DNA of 64,000 bases, taken from positions 5,850 to 69,849 of the IMG/VR virus record IMGVR_UViG_3300044797_000308; one strand, given 5' to 3'. Positions 10,601 through 19,686 of this stretch are shown in pieces (the first letter of the stretch is position 1; every line of letters starts with the position of its first letter). The position numbers were made by a program, and so were the translations under genes. A model generated the notes under the pieces. That model made no database searches. It had not been told where the DNA came from and saw only the letters and a list, made by a program, of their open reading frames with translations. This stretch comes from a virus.

Positions 10601-11368
10601 CGTGCGGTTCTCAGAGCTAAGTTGGCTGCTGATGCTCTCGGTAAAGAAGAAACTGGCGAAATCCAAAGCGCTGAAAAGATTCAATTCAGTGATATGCTAG
10701 ATAAGTCCGATGGTTTGGCTGATGGTCAGACTCATTTGGATACCAAGCCATCCAGCAACACTGGTGAAGCTAAGTTCCCACTAGGTCTAGTTGAAACTCC
10801 AGAAGAGTCCCTCAAGGCTATGTTGGAAGTTGCTAGAATGCCACCAAAGGTTCGTAAAGAAGCCGAAGCTATTCAGAGACTTGTCTCCGAAGGTAAGCTA
10901 GATCCAAAGGACGTAGATGCTCTCGTGGCAGAAGGTCTTGACAAGGATGCAGTTGCTTACTGGAAGAAATTCTATGGTGAAGTTGATGGCGGAAGCGAAT
11001 TTGCTAGTGAGTTAGTCAAGGAGCACGTTAAGGCTGATATGGAAGAAGAACTTAACAAGTTCAGAGTCAAACTAGCCCGTTCTTTCGAGACTGCTTATGA
11101 CATGGCTGACCGTGGTATGTGCCGTAGTGATAGAAGCTCAATCTCTGCTCAAGTAGATGAGCTCATGAAATTCAGCGATGATAACTTCGAATCCCTCAAG
11201 AGAGTGATTGCACGTCATGAACCAACCCTCCGTAAGGAAGCTGGTCGTATTCCACAAGTTGGTCTCAGAGGCGATAGTGAAGTAACTTCACAAACCACCT
11301 CTCTAGTTGAAGAAGACGCATATGCCCAATTGTCTTCTATGTTCGGAACCAAAAAGGGTGTATTTTAA
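7685..11368 (+). CDS. Prohead maturation protease fused to long scaffold region
   Basis: N-terminal assemblin/HK97-type protease motifs NGDIFPEEEL, LCVDH (His), VSMG (Ser), CxxC...C-H, IELSIV...GADP; followed by acidic coiled-coil regions. Confidence 0.8.
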   Translation: MIIKLGEAHEIRLEDAASCIPEVSAEVLENFRKFANNLKKIAPKAEDFLYFSAIMMHAAEAAALNEDGTPKLNLRGEAVQVGWDKSGNTWKWTSNDPSVKPYKNSNGDIFPEEELTKAYKKWKHKPLCVDHKSSSVDHVRGFIVDTYYDRNLKRVVALCALDKAGFPQLARQISTGVSNCVSMGTAVGRAICYDCGRVARAEADFCGHMKNKTCYGEINVDLNPIELSIVMNGADPRANIKHIIAAANTMNTYLENRALELQKLADLQFSAQVNVSDPNGDEGGGSAQFNVQATDINQFKSELDEAFRKVQEFKNVKISPQDTNSSASNQSSGSIAMDEGTPTDSGLALQTPQTLRFASADVEAESIAELQQVTASIEARLNQMKKSLDKLAKSTSIKQEENMSGSDKLNKSAYFQGAGGVNEPTPGQVKYPKDPLNEHLRETEDKQMVGQPPFPEVGPVDGMHPSPGSVDPSNELERKKMLARAEVEDRQAKRQGIVQMAKDALQYKQAYWLGGGGVNEPTPGKPKYTKDKLNEELREYEDKQMVGQPPFPGVGPVDGLHPSPSSADPKDELKRKEMLARANTLRARFVKAANGNGSQNKAKSAWEVFLGDKLILTASVDELCGGRVTDVLYDSIATKPFGVQLIEKVKANGAEAVNNLIKKAQAAPPPPGGDAGGTSAPPGGGDAGPPVEDAGKSGDPKQSALELSEKVRDLSSDLVEAVRALTGEQVEMGGADAAPAGGVGGPAGGPAAMADDSKSSTASFGTSTLNTLRVELNGALTHAMKESIAELNDHQQELEMISGMYDKGAVNEGNQEFVGTVVEDALNEAKTAVADGFKLMTAFVKYARGTKAIVKRAEIEAELQSLAEGDSMSDKKDSHSADGGDLMGLISDTNADLDAVSEMMGDDGLGGLEGLLEDHPEEHEHEGLEGLGADDNDGIQVSTPAQAGEVAKLAPDANIMVGKVASYDSRQGRAVLRAKLAADALGKEETGEIQSAEKIQFSDMLDKSDGLADGQTHLDTKPSSNTGEAKFPLGLVETPEESLKAMLEVARMPPKVRKEAEAIQRLVSEGKLDPKDVDALVAEGLDKDAVAYWKKFYGEVDGGSEFASELVKEHVKADMEEELNKFRVKLARSFETAYDMADRGMCRSDRSSISAQVDELMKFSDDNFESLKRVIARHEPTLRKEAGRIPQVGLRGDSEVTSQTTSLVEEDAYAQLSSMFGTKKGVF
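8921..9430 (+). repeat. Two 73-codon direct repeats inside the protease/scaffold gene (8921-9139, 9212-9430)
   Basis: AY..G.GGVNEPTPG..KY.KD.LNE.LRE.EDKQMVGQPPFP.VGPVDG.HPSP.S.DP..EL.RK.MLARA occurs twice. Confidence 0.95.
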
Positions 11369-11407
11369 AGTTCAACTAAAAAACTCTACCAAAACCGAGG
11401 ATTCAGA

Positions 11408-12088
11408 ATGAAAAACCAAAGTGTATCAGATTTCGTAGCCGCAACAATGGATGCGGTACTAAACAGCAAAGAGCATAAGTCTTTGTTTGCCACACAATAC
11501 AAGACAGCTTCCGAACACTGTGCCAAATGCGGCAAGGATAAGGAAAATTGCGCCTGTGATTCTGCTATGGCAGATGACCAAGATGCCAAAAAGAAGAAGG
11601 AAGACTCTTCTGCTGCCGATGATCAAGATGCCAAGAAGAAGATGCCACCTTGGCTAAAGAAGAAGGATGACGAATCTTCTGCTGATGATCGTGGTGAATA
11701 CGACAATCACTTCGGTGATGATAATGATGCCAAGAAAAAGAAGAAGGAAGAAGACGAGAAGTCTTCCTCTGATTCTGACAAGGCCGAAGATTCTTCAATG
11801 GAATCATCTGCTGCCTTTGACGTAGCTATCGACAGTTTGCTTACTGCATCTGCCGCCATGGACGCCGTAGGTCTTGGTAGAGGTTCCGCCCTCACTTTGA
11901 AAATTGCCTCCTTGGTTGTAGAAGCTAAGAAGAAGGATAAGGATACTAAGAAGTCCAAGAAGTCTGACAAGAAGGATTCCAAGAAGAGCGATTCTCAGTC
12001 TGCCAAAGACAAGAAGAGTGATTCCAAGAAAGATTCCAAGAAGTCTGACAAGAAGGATGACAAAAAGTCCTCCTCTTCTAAGAAGTAA
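11408..12088 (+). CDS. Lys/Asp/Ser-rich low-complexity protein with CxxC-x5-CxC motif
   Basis: ADDQDAKKK repeats and KKSDKKDS tail; RBS GAGGA. Confidence 0.8.
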   Translation: MKNQSVSDFVAATMDAVLNSKEHKSLFATQYKTASEHCAKCGKDKENCACDSAMADDQDAKKKKEDSSAADDQDAKKKMPPWLKKKDDESSADDRGEYDNHFGDDNDAKKKKKEEDEKSSSDSDKAEDSSMESSAAFDVAIDSLLTASAAMDAVGLGRGSALTLKIASLVVEAKKKDKDTKKSKKSDKKDSKKSDSQSAKDKKSDSKKDSKKSDKKDDKKSSSSKK

Positions 12089-12109
12089 TTGGCTACAATT
12101 AGGTGAATA

Positions 12110-12325
12110 ATGTTTAAACAGTGCAGCGCAGAGGATGAGATCTATCGTGCCATGGAAACTGGTTTGGTCAAAAACCAAACCGAGGCTTGTCATGGTTTCG
12201 ATAAATTAGCTAAAGCTGCTGATTTTTTGAGTATGGCGGCTGAGATTTTTGATCAGGCTGGTATGCTTCAAGAATCCGAGGAAATCCTAGAAATCCTAAA
12301 GAACCTGTCCCAGGATTATCAATGA
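12110..12325 (+). CDS. Small helical protein, paralog of the N-terminus of the next gene
   Basis: EDEI..M...L.K and KAADFL..A.EIFD..G shared with 12322. Confidence 0.75.
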   Translation: MFKQCSAEDEIYRAMETGLVKNQTEACHGFDKLAKAADFLSMAAEIFDQAGMLQESEEILEILKNLSQDYQ

Positions 12326-13122
12326 TCACTAAAAAGATGTTTGAAGACGAGATTATTTCAGGCATGCAAGGAGAATTGCGTAAGCAAGCTTCGGATGACA
12401 CCCCGAATCTTGTCAAGGCCGCCGACTGCCTACATGCCGCTTTGGAAATTTTCGAAGAGGTGGGGTTGGCATCTAGAGCCGATGATGTACTCAAACTATT
12501 ACAAAAGATTGCCCAGCACCACACTACTAAATCCAAGCCAGCCGTTCAAATGCCATCCATCAATAAATTGATGGAGCTAGGAATGACTCAACGTGATTTG
12601 ATGGAATTTTCTAAGGGCAATCCCATCGCTAAGGCTAAGTTCAATTTGATTTTGCGTGGGATGGGATATTCAGAACATCAAATCGGTAAACTTCTAGGCC
12701 CCGCTAACGTTATGTCGGAACAAGATGCCAGACTTATATCAGACCCTAATCGTAGCATTAGTAAAATGTGGGAATGGATGAAAGATCCTGAAATGCCTAT
12801 CGATCCTAATAAAGTCAAGCCAGGAGAATCTATTAAGTTCAAGAGTATTGCGGATGATAGGCATACCAGAGGACTTACCTCCGAGAAACAGGTGCAAAAC
12901 CTAAAAAATCATGGAACACAATTTAATCTAGCTGATATTAATCAATCTAATAAATTGAACAAGTCAGAAGTAGATCCAGAATTAGCTGATTTGTTAGACG
13001 CCGATTCCTTCGATATCAATGCTTCCGATGATGAGTTATTTGGTATGGATATCAAAGACGACTCCCTAGAAGTGTTTGATCAAGAAGAAACTTTGTCCGA
13101 TTTTGAAGACGAACGAAGCTAA
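12322..13122 (+). CDS. Hypothetical protein, putative head-internal protein
   Basis: 266 aa; LRKQAS and LQKIAQ sites; acidic C-terminus. Confidence 0.75.
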   Translation: MITKKMFEDEIISGMQGELRKQASDDTPNLVKAADCLHAALEIFEEVGLASRADDVLKLLQKIAQHHTTKSKPAVQMPSINKLMELGMTQRDLMEFSKGNPIAKAKFNLILRGMGYSEHQIGKLLGPANVMSEQDARLISDPNRSISKMWEWMKDPEMPIDPNKVKPGESIKFKSIADDRHTRGLTSEKQVQNLKNHGTQFNLADINQSNKLNKSEVDPELADLLDADSFDINASDDELFGMDIKDDSLEVFDQEETLSDFEDERS

Positions 13123-13940
13123 TTGCTTTTCAGAAACTCTTGATATTTTTCGTATTTACGTGGCAAATAGATTGTAGCGTCTTGATATAGCCAGTCGAGG
13201 ACTTTACGCACTTGCAGATTGCCACCGACCGATAAGGTTGTGGTAATTTTGTTCGTTTGAGGGCGTGATAATGATTGTGAACAGTTGATATCTAATTCTT
13301 TTTTCAGTATCTTAGCAGTTTGTTCGCAGAATTGTTTGGTAGAGACGAACTTCCAAATCGTATTGATCGTCTTTTTATTCTTGAAGTGATTTTGATAAAT
13401 TGTCCCGTCACCATCACTATACCCACGCAGGAAGTGGCGCACAAGTTCCATAGGAATTGCCGTAGGAAATTGTAGGATGAGGGATTTGTTGGGAACGCAG
13501 CCCAAAGCGATTAGTTGGTCGCATACTTCTTTGCGATTGACGCGAAAATAGGAGTAGGTATTTGGGGAGCCTTTGTTTTGTGCCATTTTGATGGGAGATG
13601 ATGGCGACATGATGTCTCGAAATTTTTCCAGGATGCACTGATCGTTGGATTTGAGTTTGATAGTCATTGCATAGGCATTATTTTGCACGTTACCATCTGC
13701 ATATAGGAAGCCTAAAAAGTAGGCATTAGCCTCGCAATTTATCTCTTTGAAAAAAATGGTATTGACATCTGTGTAGGTGATCTTCTTGCCTACTCGTGTT
13801 TCAATATCGTTTCTTCTCAGCATACCAGAAACTGTTGTTTGCCTACAATTTAGTGTTTGAGCTATTTCACGTTGTTGTTTCCCCGCGTTATATAGATCGA
13901 TAGCTAACTTTATGTCTTGGGGAGTGAATATTTTTCGCAT
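13119..13940 (-). mobile_element. Free-standing LAGLIDADG homing endonuclease with N-terminal HTH
   Basis: Two motifs AYFLGFLYADG and HFLRGYSDGDG; C-terminal IYLPRKY. Confidence 0.9.
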
Positions 13941-14061
13941 AACAGGATATATATCAAGTGTGGAGATTGATGTGTTGAGTTTGGTTCATAAAATTGGAGA
14001 TGCAATGAAAATACAATCCATTCTTACAAGAGGCATTGGGAGAAAAACCCAATGAAATCAT

Positions 14062-14751
14062 ATCCTTAGGCTTGTGCAAGTTGGCAACACTTTGCCAGTA
14101 AGTTTCATCTGTGATCCTAGCGCTGAATTTCAGCCCGGTCAATTTGCAGAACTAATCGTAATCGGTAATCAAGTGATGGCTACCATTAGCAATGGTACCG
14201 CCCCCATTGGTGTTATTGACGATATCAAAACCAAAGCATTTACCAACGTTTCTTGGAATGAAACTGTGATTGTTCCTGCGGTGGGTGTGCCAGGACCTAA
14301 CAATACATTAGTTACTCCGGTCGATATTAAAGTAGAATTGAGAAGACCTAACATTATTCAGAGTAGTTTTAGTTCTACCGTTAATGTAGTACTCAATCCC
14401 ATAAATGGAATTATTACCTTCGTAGCAGGAACTCAATTAAATTTAGATATTCAAGGTTCTGGTATCCCTAATGCCATTAAAGCTATTGTCAATTATACTT
14501 ATATGGTAGCTAACATCCCTGGTGATGATAGTACGGCAGGCTCCGGTAGAATGACAGTTTGGTTTGAAAGAATGTTTTTTCAAACGGATCAATACGAGAC
14601 TAATCAACAATATCCTGTTCGTGCTAATGTGTATGTTAGTGAGACTGGATTTGCTACTACCAGAAGACCTAGTCCGATTCATCCGGCTGTGGGAATGATA
14701 ACTGCTCCCCCGACTCCGATGAATCCCATGTTGGAAATTTTATTTTTTTAA
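14062..14751 (+). CDS. Putative capsid decoration protein (start uncertain: ATC 14062 or GTG 14074)
   Basis: Beta-rich; shares N-terminal L.L.Q.G...P..F and T.GSG(R/K).T.W with 21064. Confidence 0.6.
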   Translation: MLRLVQVGNTLPVSFICDPSAEFQPGQFAELIVIGNQVMATISNGTAPIGVIDDIKTKAFTNVSWNETVIVPAVGVPGPNNTLVTPVDIKVELRRPNIIQSSFSSTVNVVLNPINGIITFVAGTQLNLDIQGSGIPNAIKAIVNYTYMVANIPGDDSTAGSGRMTVWFERMFFQTDQYETNQQYPVRANVYVSETGFATTRRPSPIHPAVGMITAPPTPMNPMLEILFF

Positions 14752-14906
14752 GCCCAGAAAAGGCTTGAAAAAGCCTACTAGGGATTTTGGCGTTACTTCC
14801 AAGGCGATCAAACGAGTAAGGTTGCAGGGTAGGTAAGTCCCAAATATTACGGTCTCATATGCAACATCACGCATAATATAGACAATCTACTTATTGAGGC
14901 CAACAT

Positions 14907-16370
14907 ATGTCTTTCAAGCACACAAAACACTGGGATTCGGAACTAATGCGCTCCTTGGAAAAGGTAGCACAAGAAAAGGGCCTGATCAAACCAGCTGCCC
15001 TTCAGAAGAATGCTGCCATTATTAAAAAAGCGGATATCACCCCTACTACTAATTTGATGGAGAATATTCTCAAACTTTGTAATGGAATGAGGGAGCAAGG
15101 TTTGGTGGTGGAAGCTAATGAGTTGGAAGAAAATTTCCTCAACTACAAACAAGCTCAAACTATGTATGAAGCCCATAAAGAGAAGGGTGAAGATCTGGTA
15201 GAACGCGCCCACCCAGAAGGTAGCCATAAACTAGAAGGTGTGGAAGGCGATGAAGCCACCTTCGAAGACATTCTTGACAGGCATACTAAGATGTTGCAAA
15301 TGATTGAGAAGAAGCCCAGTGGCAAACTGTCTTCCGCTAAATCGATCATCGAAGCAGTAAAGGTAGCTCTAGGTGCTCCCCCTTTAGTTTTTGACCCGGC
15401 AATGGGTTATTCTGCCGCTCCTAATCTTTGGAGTAGAGTGGTCAATATGTTTGGTTCTAATAGTTCCGGTATTGAAACTGCTTCCACAGCGGGAGAAGTG
15501 GGGGCCGGAGAAGCAGCAGGCGGTATAGCGGCCGGAACTGTGGCTGCGGTAGCAGCGGCAGCTGTCTCTGCTGCGGTGGGTGCCGTTGTAGGGTATGAAA
15601 TTTTCGAGAGCAAATTTTATGCTACCGATTTGGAGAAAGCTGGCAACAACGTTGTTTCTCAAGCCACTGACGTGGAGGCAGATATGCCACCCACTATGCA
15701 CGGAGAGCTAACATCGTTTCAAGCTAGCTTACATAAGACACTTAGCAGTGCAGGTAAGGCTATGGCCCTAACACAGGACGCCAATCCAGACAATTTGCAA
15801 GCCCTGCAAGATTATGCTAGCTCCGTTCAAGACACTAGTCAGCATGCTTATCAACTTATGTCCATGGCTCGAGAGCATGATCATCCTTCCAACTTAAAGC
15901 CTGGCCAATCTGGCAGCTCTCATCCTATTTGGGAAGATCTAACCAGCGTTTTTTCTGGTTTCCGTGATGTAGAGTTGGCAGCCGGCAATTTTATCAATGT
16001 AGCTCAAAAAGCTAACGTAGATGCTCGCTTGGCCATCAGTAAAATTATGGAAGTCATACAAGCTAAAGCTAAGGAACACACCTCTTCTCAAGGTGGAGGT
16101 GCAGCCGCTAAACTAATTAGTGATTATAAGGCTACCTACGAAAGAATTAAAGCTTTTATCACTAAAATCCAAGCTAACAGACCAGCCGATGCTTCCAGAC
16201 AAATTGGCTATCTACAAAATACTCTTTCCACTTATTTAGCCAAAGAATATAAAGAGTTTTCGCAAATTCCAGCCGCTAATAGAACTGCGGAAATAGTGCA
16301 ACCGTATGCTACTAGACTGAGTGCTGTCAATGATAGACTCAATGCTTTCCAGCAAGCCAAACTTACATGA
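14907..16370 (+). CDS. Putative ejection/internal virion protein with hydrophobic segment
   Basis: Several K-x-A sites, AHP domain shared with 19687, Ala/Gly/Val-rich TM-like stretch GIAAGTVAAVAAAAVSAAVGAVVGY. Confidence 0.6.
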   Translation: MSFKHTKHWDSELMRSLEKVAQEKGLIKPAALQKNAAIIKKADITPTTNLMENILKLCNGMREQGLVVEANELEENFLNYKQAQTMYEAHKEKGEDLVERAHPEGSHKLEGVEGDEATFEDILDRHTKMLQMIEKKPSGKLSSAKSIIEAVKVALGAPPLVFDPAMGYSAAPNLWSRVVNMFGSNSSGIETASTAGEVGAGEAAGGIAAGTVAAVAAAAVSAAVGAVVGYEIFESKFYATDLEKAGNNVVSQATDVEADMPPTMHGELTSFQASLHKTLSSAGKAMALTQDANPDNLQALQDYASSVQDTSQHAYQLMSMAREHDHPSNLKPGQSGSSHPIWEDLTSVFSGFRDVELAAGNFINVAQKANVDARLAISKIMEVIQAKAKEHTSSQGGGAAAKLISDYKATYERIKAFITKIQANRPADASRQIGYLQNTLSTYLAKEYKEFSQIPAANRTAEIVQPYATRLSAVNDRLNAFQQAKLT

Positions 16371-16377
16371 GATAATA

Positions 16378-17481
16378 ATGAGTAAATACTTAGTTGATCT
16401 AATCAAGAAAATAGCACAAGGAGTGCCTGACTTTTATGAAGGAACTGCGCCTGCTAAACCAGTAGCAGCAGCTCCACCTCCTAGTCCAGGCGCTCCAGCT
16501 CCAGTAGCTGCGGGTCCGCCTGTATTGACACCTACGCCTTCTTCTGGTGGAGGTGGCGGAATCCCTATTGTCAAAACCATGCAACAAGGATTAATCAATT
16601 TAGCTCAAGACGTGTTAGCTCAAATTAATCTACAAGACATTGCCAGTCCAGGTGCCGCTGCGGGGGAAGCCTCCGGTAGAAATTCCTTTGCTGATTTTAT
16701 TACTAAAAACTATCTCAGAAATTCCGATGTGCCAGGCGTGGAATTTGATCCCGATGCTAACAAAACAAATATGTCCGAGAAACAACCTACCGATCCTAGC
16801 CGAATGAATGTAGTGATGGATACTATGCGTAGAATAGGTAATCCTAAGTCGGGTGAGTTTGCAGTGGATGGTAAGTGGGGTCCTCGCACCAATGCAGCTT
16901 TGCATAACGCCTATGCTTATGCTTTTGCCTTGCTCAAATTAGCAGCAGACTTCCATCTTCACACTTCCTACACGGAAGATAATCTCAATGCTTTCAAAAA
17001 CGATATCCCACCAGAGTTCAATGATTTCAGCGCTACCCAGAAAGTGGCAGCGGCTGCTGATATCGTCAAACAAATAAGCGGCATTCGTAGACTATTCAAT
17101 GAAATCAAACAGGGTGTGTTAGAAAAGCCAGCTTATCGAGCTTATATTGAAGGAGATCAAGTCTTCCATACTTACAAGCACGAGGGACTGGATCCGCAAG
17201 CTATTTCTGGTTTACAAAATATGTTTGGTAACAGTCCCCAGAATTCTAAGCTTCGAGTTACCTTCAATGAGGGTGGTAAGCAACAGGAGCAGGTTATTAC
17301 TGTCAATGATTTATTGAATCCAGCAGCCTTTCAGAAGTGGATGGAAGAACATGCTCCGCATGCGTCACCTCAAGAAATACTAGCCTCTCTCAAACAAAAT
17401 ATTGGTTTGATGGAAGGTAGTGTTTCTTTAAGTGCCCCTCCAAGTACATACTCACCACAACACGGTAAGAAGGCGGTCTAA
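16378..17481 (+). CDS. Protein with peptidoglycan-binding-like motif
   Basis: VDGKWGPRTNAAL matches the DG.(W/F)GP.T..AL motif of PG_binding_1; begins MSKYLVDLIKKIAQ. Confidence 0.65.
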   Translation: MSKYLVDLIKKIAQGVPDFYEGTAPAKPVAAAPPPSPGAPAPVAAGPPVLTPTPSSGGGGGIPIVKTMQQGLINLAQDVLAQINLQDIASPGAAAGEASGRNSFADFITKNYLRNSDVPGVEFDPDANKTNMSEKQPTDPSRMNVVMDTMRRIGNPKSGEFAVDGKWGPRTNAALHNAYAYAFALLKLAADFHLHTSYTEDNLNAFKNDIPPEFNDFSATQKVAAAADIVKQISGIRRLFNEIKQGVLEKPAYRAYIEGDQVFHTYKHEGLDPQAISGLQNMFGNSPQNSKLRVTFNEGGKQQEQVITVNDLLNPAAFQKWMEEHAPHASPQEILASLKQNIGLMEGSVSLSAPPSTYSPQHGKKAV

Positions 17482-18644
17482 TGTCCTTTATCCACGACAA
17501 TCCATTTCTAATTCGAGATTTGTTACAAGCTGGTTTACAAGACGAACAAAAGTTTGCCAAGAAGGGCCAGGCTCAACCTCTCGATCCGGCCTACACTCAG
17601 CAGACTGCCAACTTTACTAACTTGCATCAACTGATTAGTAATCTAGAGAATAATCTAAACCCTAACGCAGAAGCTAATGTTTCTCACGAGGGAGATCCTT
17701 CCACTCAAGTTGCTATTAGAAGTGAAAATCTAAATAGCTTAGGTGCGCTAGCTAACTGGCTACTGACTAACAAAATTACTGTCAATGGACAAAGAATTGT
17801 TTATTCAGAAGGCGAAAATCCTCATAACGAAGATTACCAAGTATATAAGTTAGAGCCAGGTGGTGGTTTGATTGAAAGCACTAATCGCAGCCAGCCTTTC
17901 GGTGGTGCTATGACCACTTTCGTCATGAACAAAGATTTATTATCCGCTTATCTAGTCTCTTTACAAGTGCAACAAGAGAAAAAGCCCAACACCTTTTTGA
18001 AGGTTCAGCTCACCAAATTAATTCAAGAGACTAATAGACTATTGGATACCAATATCGGCGAGCTATATAAGCCACCTACTCAAGTAGCAGGAACCACGGG
18101 ACCAAACGCAGAACATCCAACCCCAGTAGGTCAAGGTGGCGCCGCTCAACAACGAGTTGCCTCCCTAGAACAATTAGCTAGTATGCTTCCTTTCAACAGC
18201 GAAGAAATCAATCCCCGAGAATTAAAAATGTTCGTGGATCAATATGCTTTGTTGGATCCAAGAATGGCCACCTTAGCTCAAACGGCTAATACCGATTTTC
18301 AGAATATCGATTCTTTTATGATTAACCCAGGCGCTCCTATTCAGTTGGATGAAACCACACTAACTCCTATGGGCTTCAATACTTTGGCTCGAGGCACTAA
18401 CGGCGGCATTAGATTGGCCACTGTTTTGTATAGTATGATCCAAACCGTGGGCAGAATGTATGAGTTGTTTGTGCGAGATCACTTGCAAGAAATCTCCAAC
18501 CCTAGAAGCGGTATGGGGCCTGGAGTAGCGCAAAGTGTGGAGCAACAAATTGCCCCAGGCGGTCCCGAGAAAACTAACTTGGGCGATCTTTTGCAATTGC
18601 TCAAAGATTTGCAAGCTGATTTTCAACACCAGAGGAGACGATAA
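17481..18644 (+). CDS. Hypothetical protein, putative internal virion protein
   Basis: 387 aa, TAATG coupled; FAKKGQ site near N-terminus. Confidence 0.7.
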   Translation: MSFIHDNPFLIRDLLQAGLQDEQKFAKKGQAQPLDPAYTQQTANFTNLHQLISNLENNLNPNAEANVSHEGDPSTQVAIRSENLNSLGALANWLLTNKITVNGQRIVYSEGENPHNEDYQVYKLEPGGGLIESTNRSQPFGGAMTTFVMNKDLLSAYLVSLQVQQEKKPNTFLKVQLTKLIQETNRLLDTNIGELYKPPTQVAGTTGPNAEHPTPVGQGGAAQQRVASLEQLASMLPFNSEEINPRELKMFVDQYALLDPRMATLAQTANTDFQNIDSFMINPGAPIQLDETTLTPMGFNTLARGTNGGIRLATVLYSMIQTVGRMYELFVRDHLQEISNPRSGMGPGVAQSVEQQIAPGGPEKTNLGDLLQLLKDLQADFQHQRRR

Positions 18645-19672
18645 TGTCCAGTGGTGAAATTAGCCTGTATGTCGATTTGCTACTAGTAGAGACGGTGTTA
18701 GCGGACCCGCGCCCCTATAAGAAGGCTAGTTTTGCTTCCGATTTGCTATCTAAAGTCAAAGATTATTTTGCTTCCAAAATTGACCCAGCCCACCCAGAGG
18801 CTAGCATTTTGAGAGAGTTAGCTCCTGGGGCTATTTCCATGTTGTTCAGTGCCATTGGTTTGGGCAAGTTGGGATTGTTGTTGGGATTTTTAGCTAGTAC
18901 TCTACATATCGATGTGCTAGGTATTTTGACTAATGTTTATGAGAAGGTAAAAGAGCTGGTTAGTTCGGGAGACAAAATATCTTCTGGTCAAGTGGATCAA
19001 GCAGTCAATGGTGTGACAGCACAACATACAGGGGGCATCACTACCTCTTCTTTGGATTTGATGTATGATGCCAAAATCATCAGTTTAGCTCTCATTGATT
19101 ATGAAAGAGACAGTCTGCGATTGACCAAGGAAGGAACTATTTTCAAGAGTAGCGCCCCTCGCTCAGCACAAGGTGTTAGTGTGCTAGGCAAACTTTTAAG
19201 TTTCATCATCAAGATTGCCCTAGCTTCGGCTGGTTTAATGGTAGCTGGAGATATAGCTAATAAGTTTTTGGGCCGCCCTAATTCCATAGACAAAACTTAT
19301 GATCCAGCTCACCCTACGGAAGAAGCTGCTTCTCCATCGGCACCTAGTGGCCCCACTTCGACACAAACCAAATACAAGCTCAAGGGCAATGCTCCCCTAC
19401 CTACCCAGATGCCGATTGAAAATAATTCATCCAATATTAGCAATATGATTATTCAGTTTGCTAAGGACACTTATGGTGGATTGGATGGCAAAGAAAATTT
19501 GATTGAACAGACCCCTGGTTTCCAAATGATAAGAGAAAAAATAGAATGGTATAATGCTCGTCATCCAGGTAGTACCGTTACTTTTCTACCACCTAATTGG
19601 GATACTAAAAAACAATTAGTAGACTATTTTATCGATGATGTGGCTAAAAGCGATACATCAGGTTCGGCATAA
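18644..19672 (+). CDS. Putative membrane-inserting internal virion protein
   Basis: Two hydrophobic segments (AISMLFSAIGLGKLGLLLGFLA; VLGKLLSFIIKIALASAGLMVAG) after a YKKAS site. Confidence 0.6.
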   Translation: MSSGEISLYVDLLLVETVLADPRPYKKASFASDLLSKVKDYFASKIDPAHPEASILRELAPGAISMLFSAIGLGKLGLLLGFLASTLHIDVLGILTNVYEKVKELVSSGDKISSGQVDQAVNGVTAQHTGGITTSSLDLMYDAKIISLALIDYERDSLRLTKEGTIFKSSAPRSAQGVSVLGKLLSFIIKIALASAGLMVAGDIANKFLGRPNSIDKTYDPAHPTEEAASPSAPSGPTSTQTKYKLKGNAPLPTQMPIENNSSNISNMIIQFAKDTYGGLDGKENLIEQTPGFQMIREKIEWYNARHPGSTVTFLPPNWDTKKQLVDYFIDDVAKSDTSGSA

Positions 19673-19686
19673 TGAGGAATAAAGAT

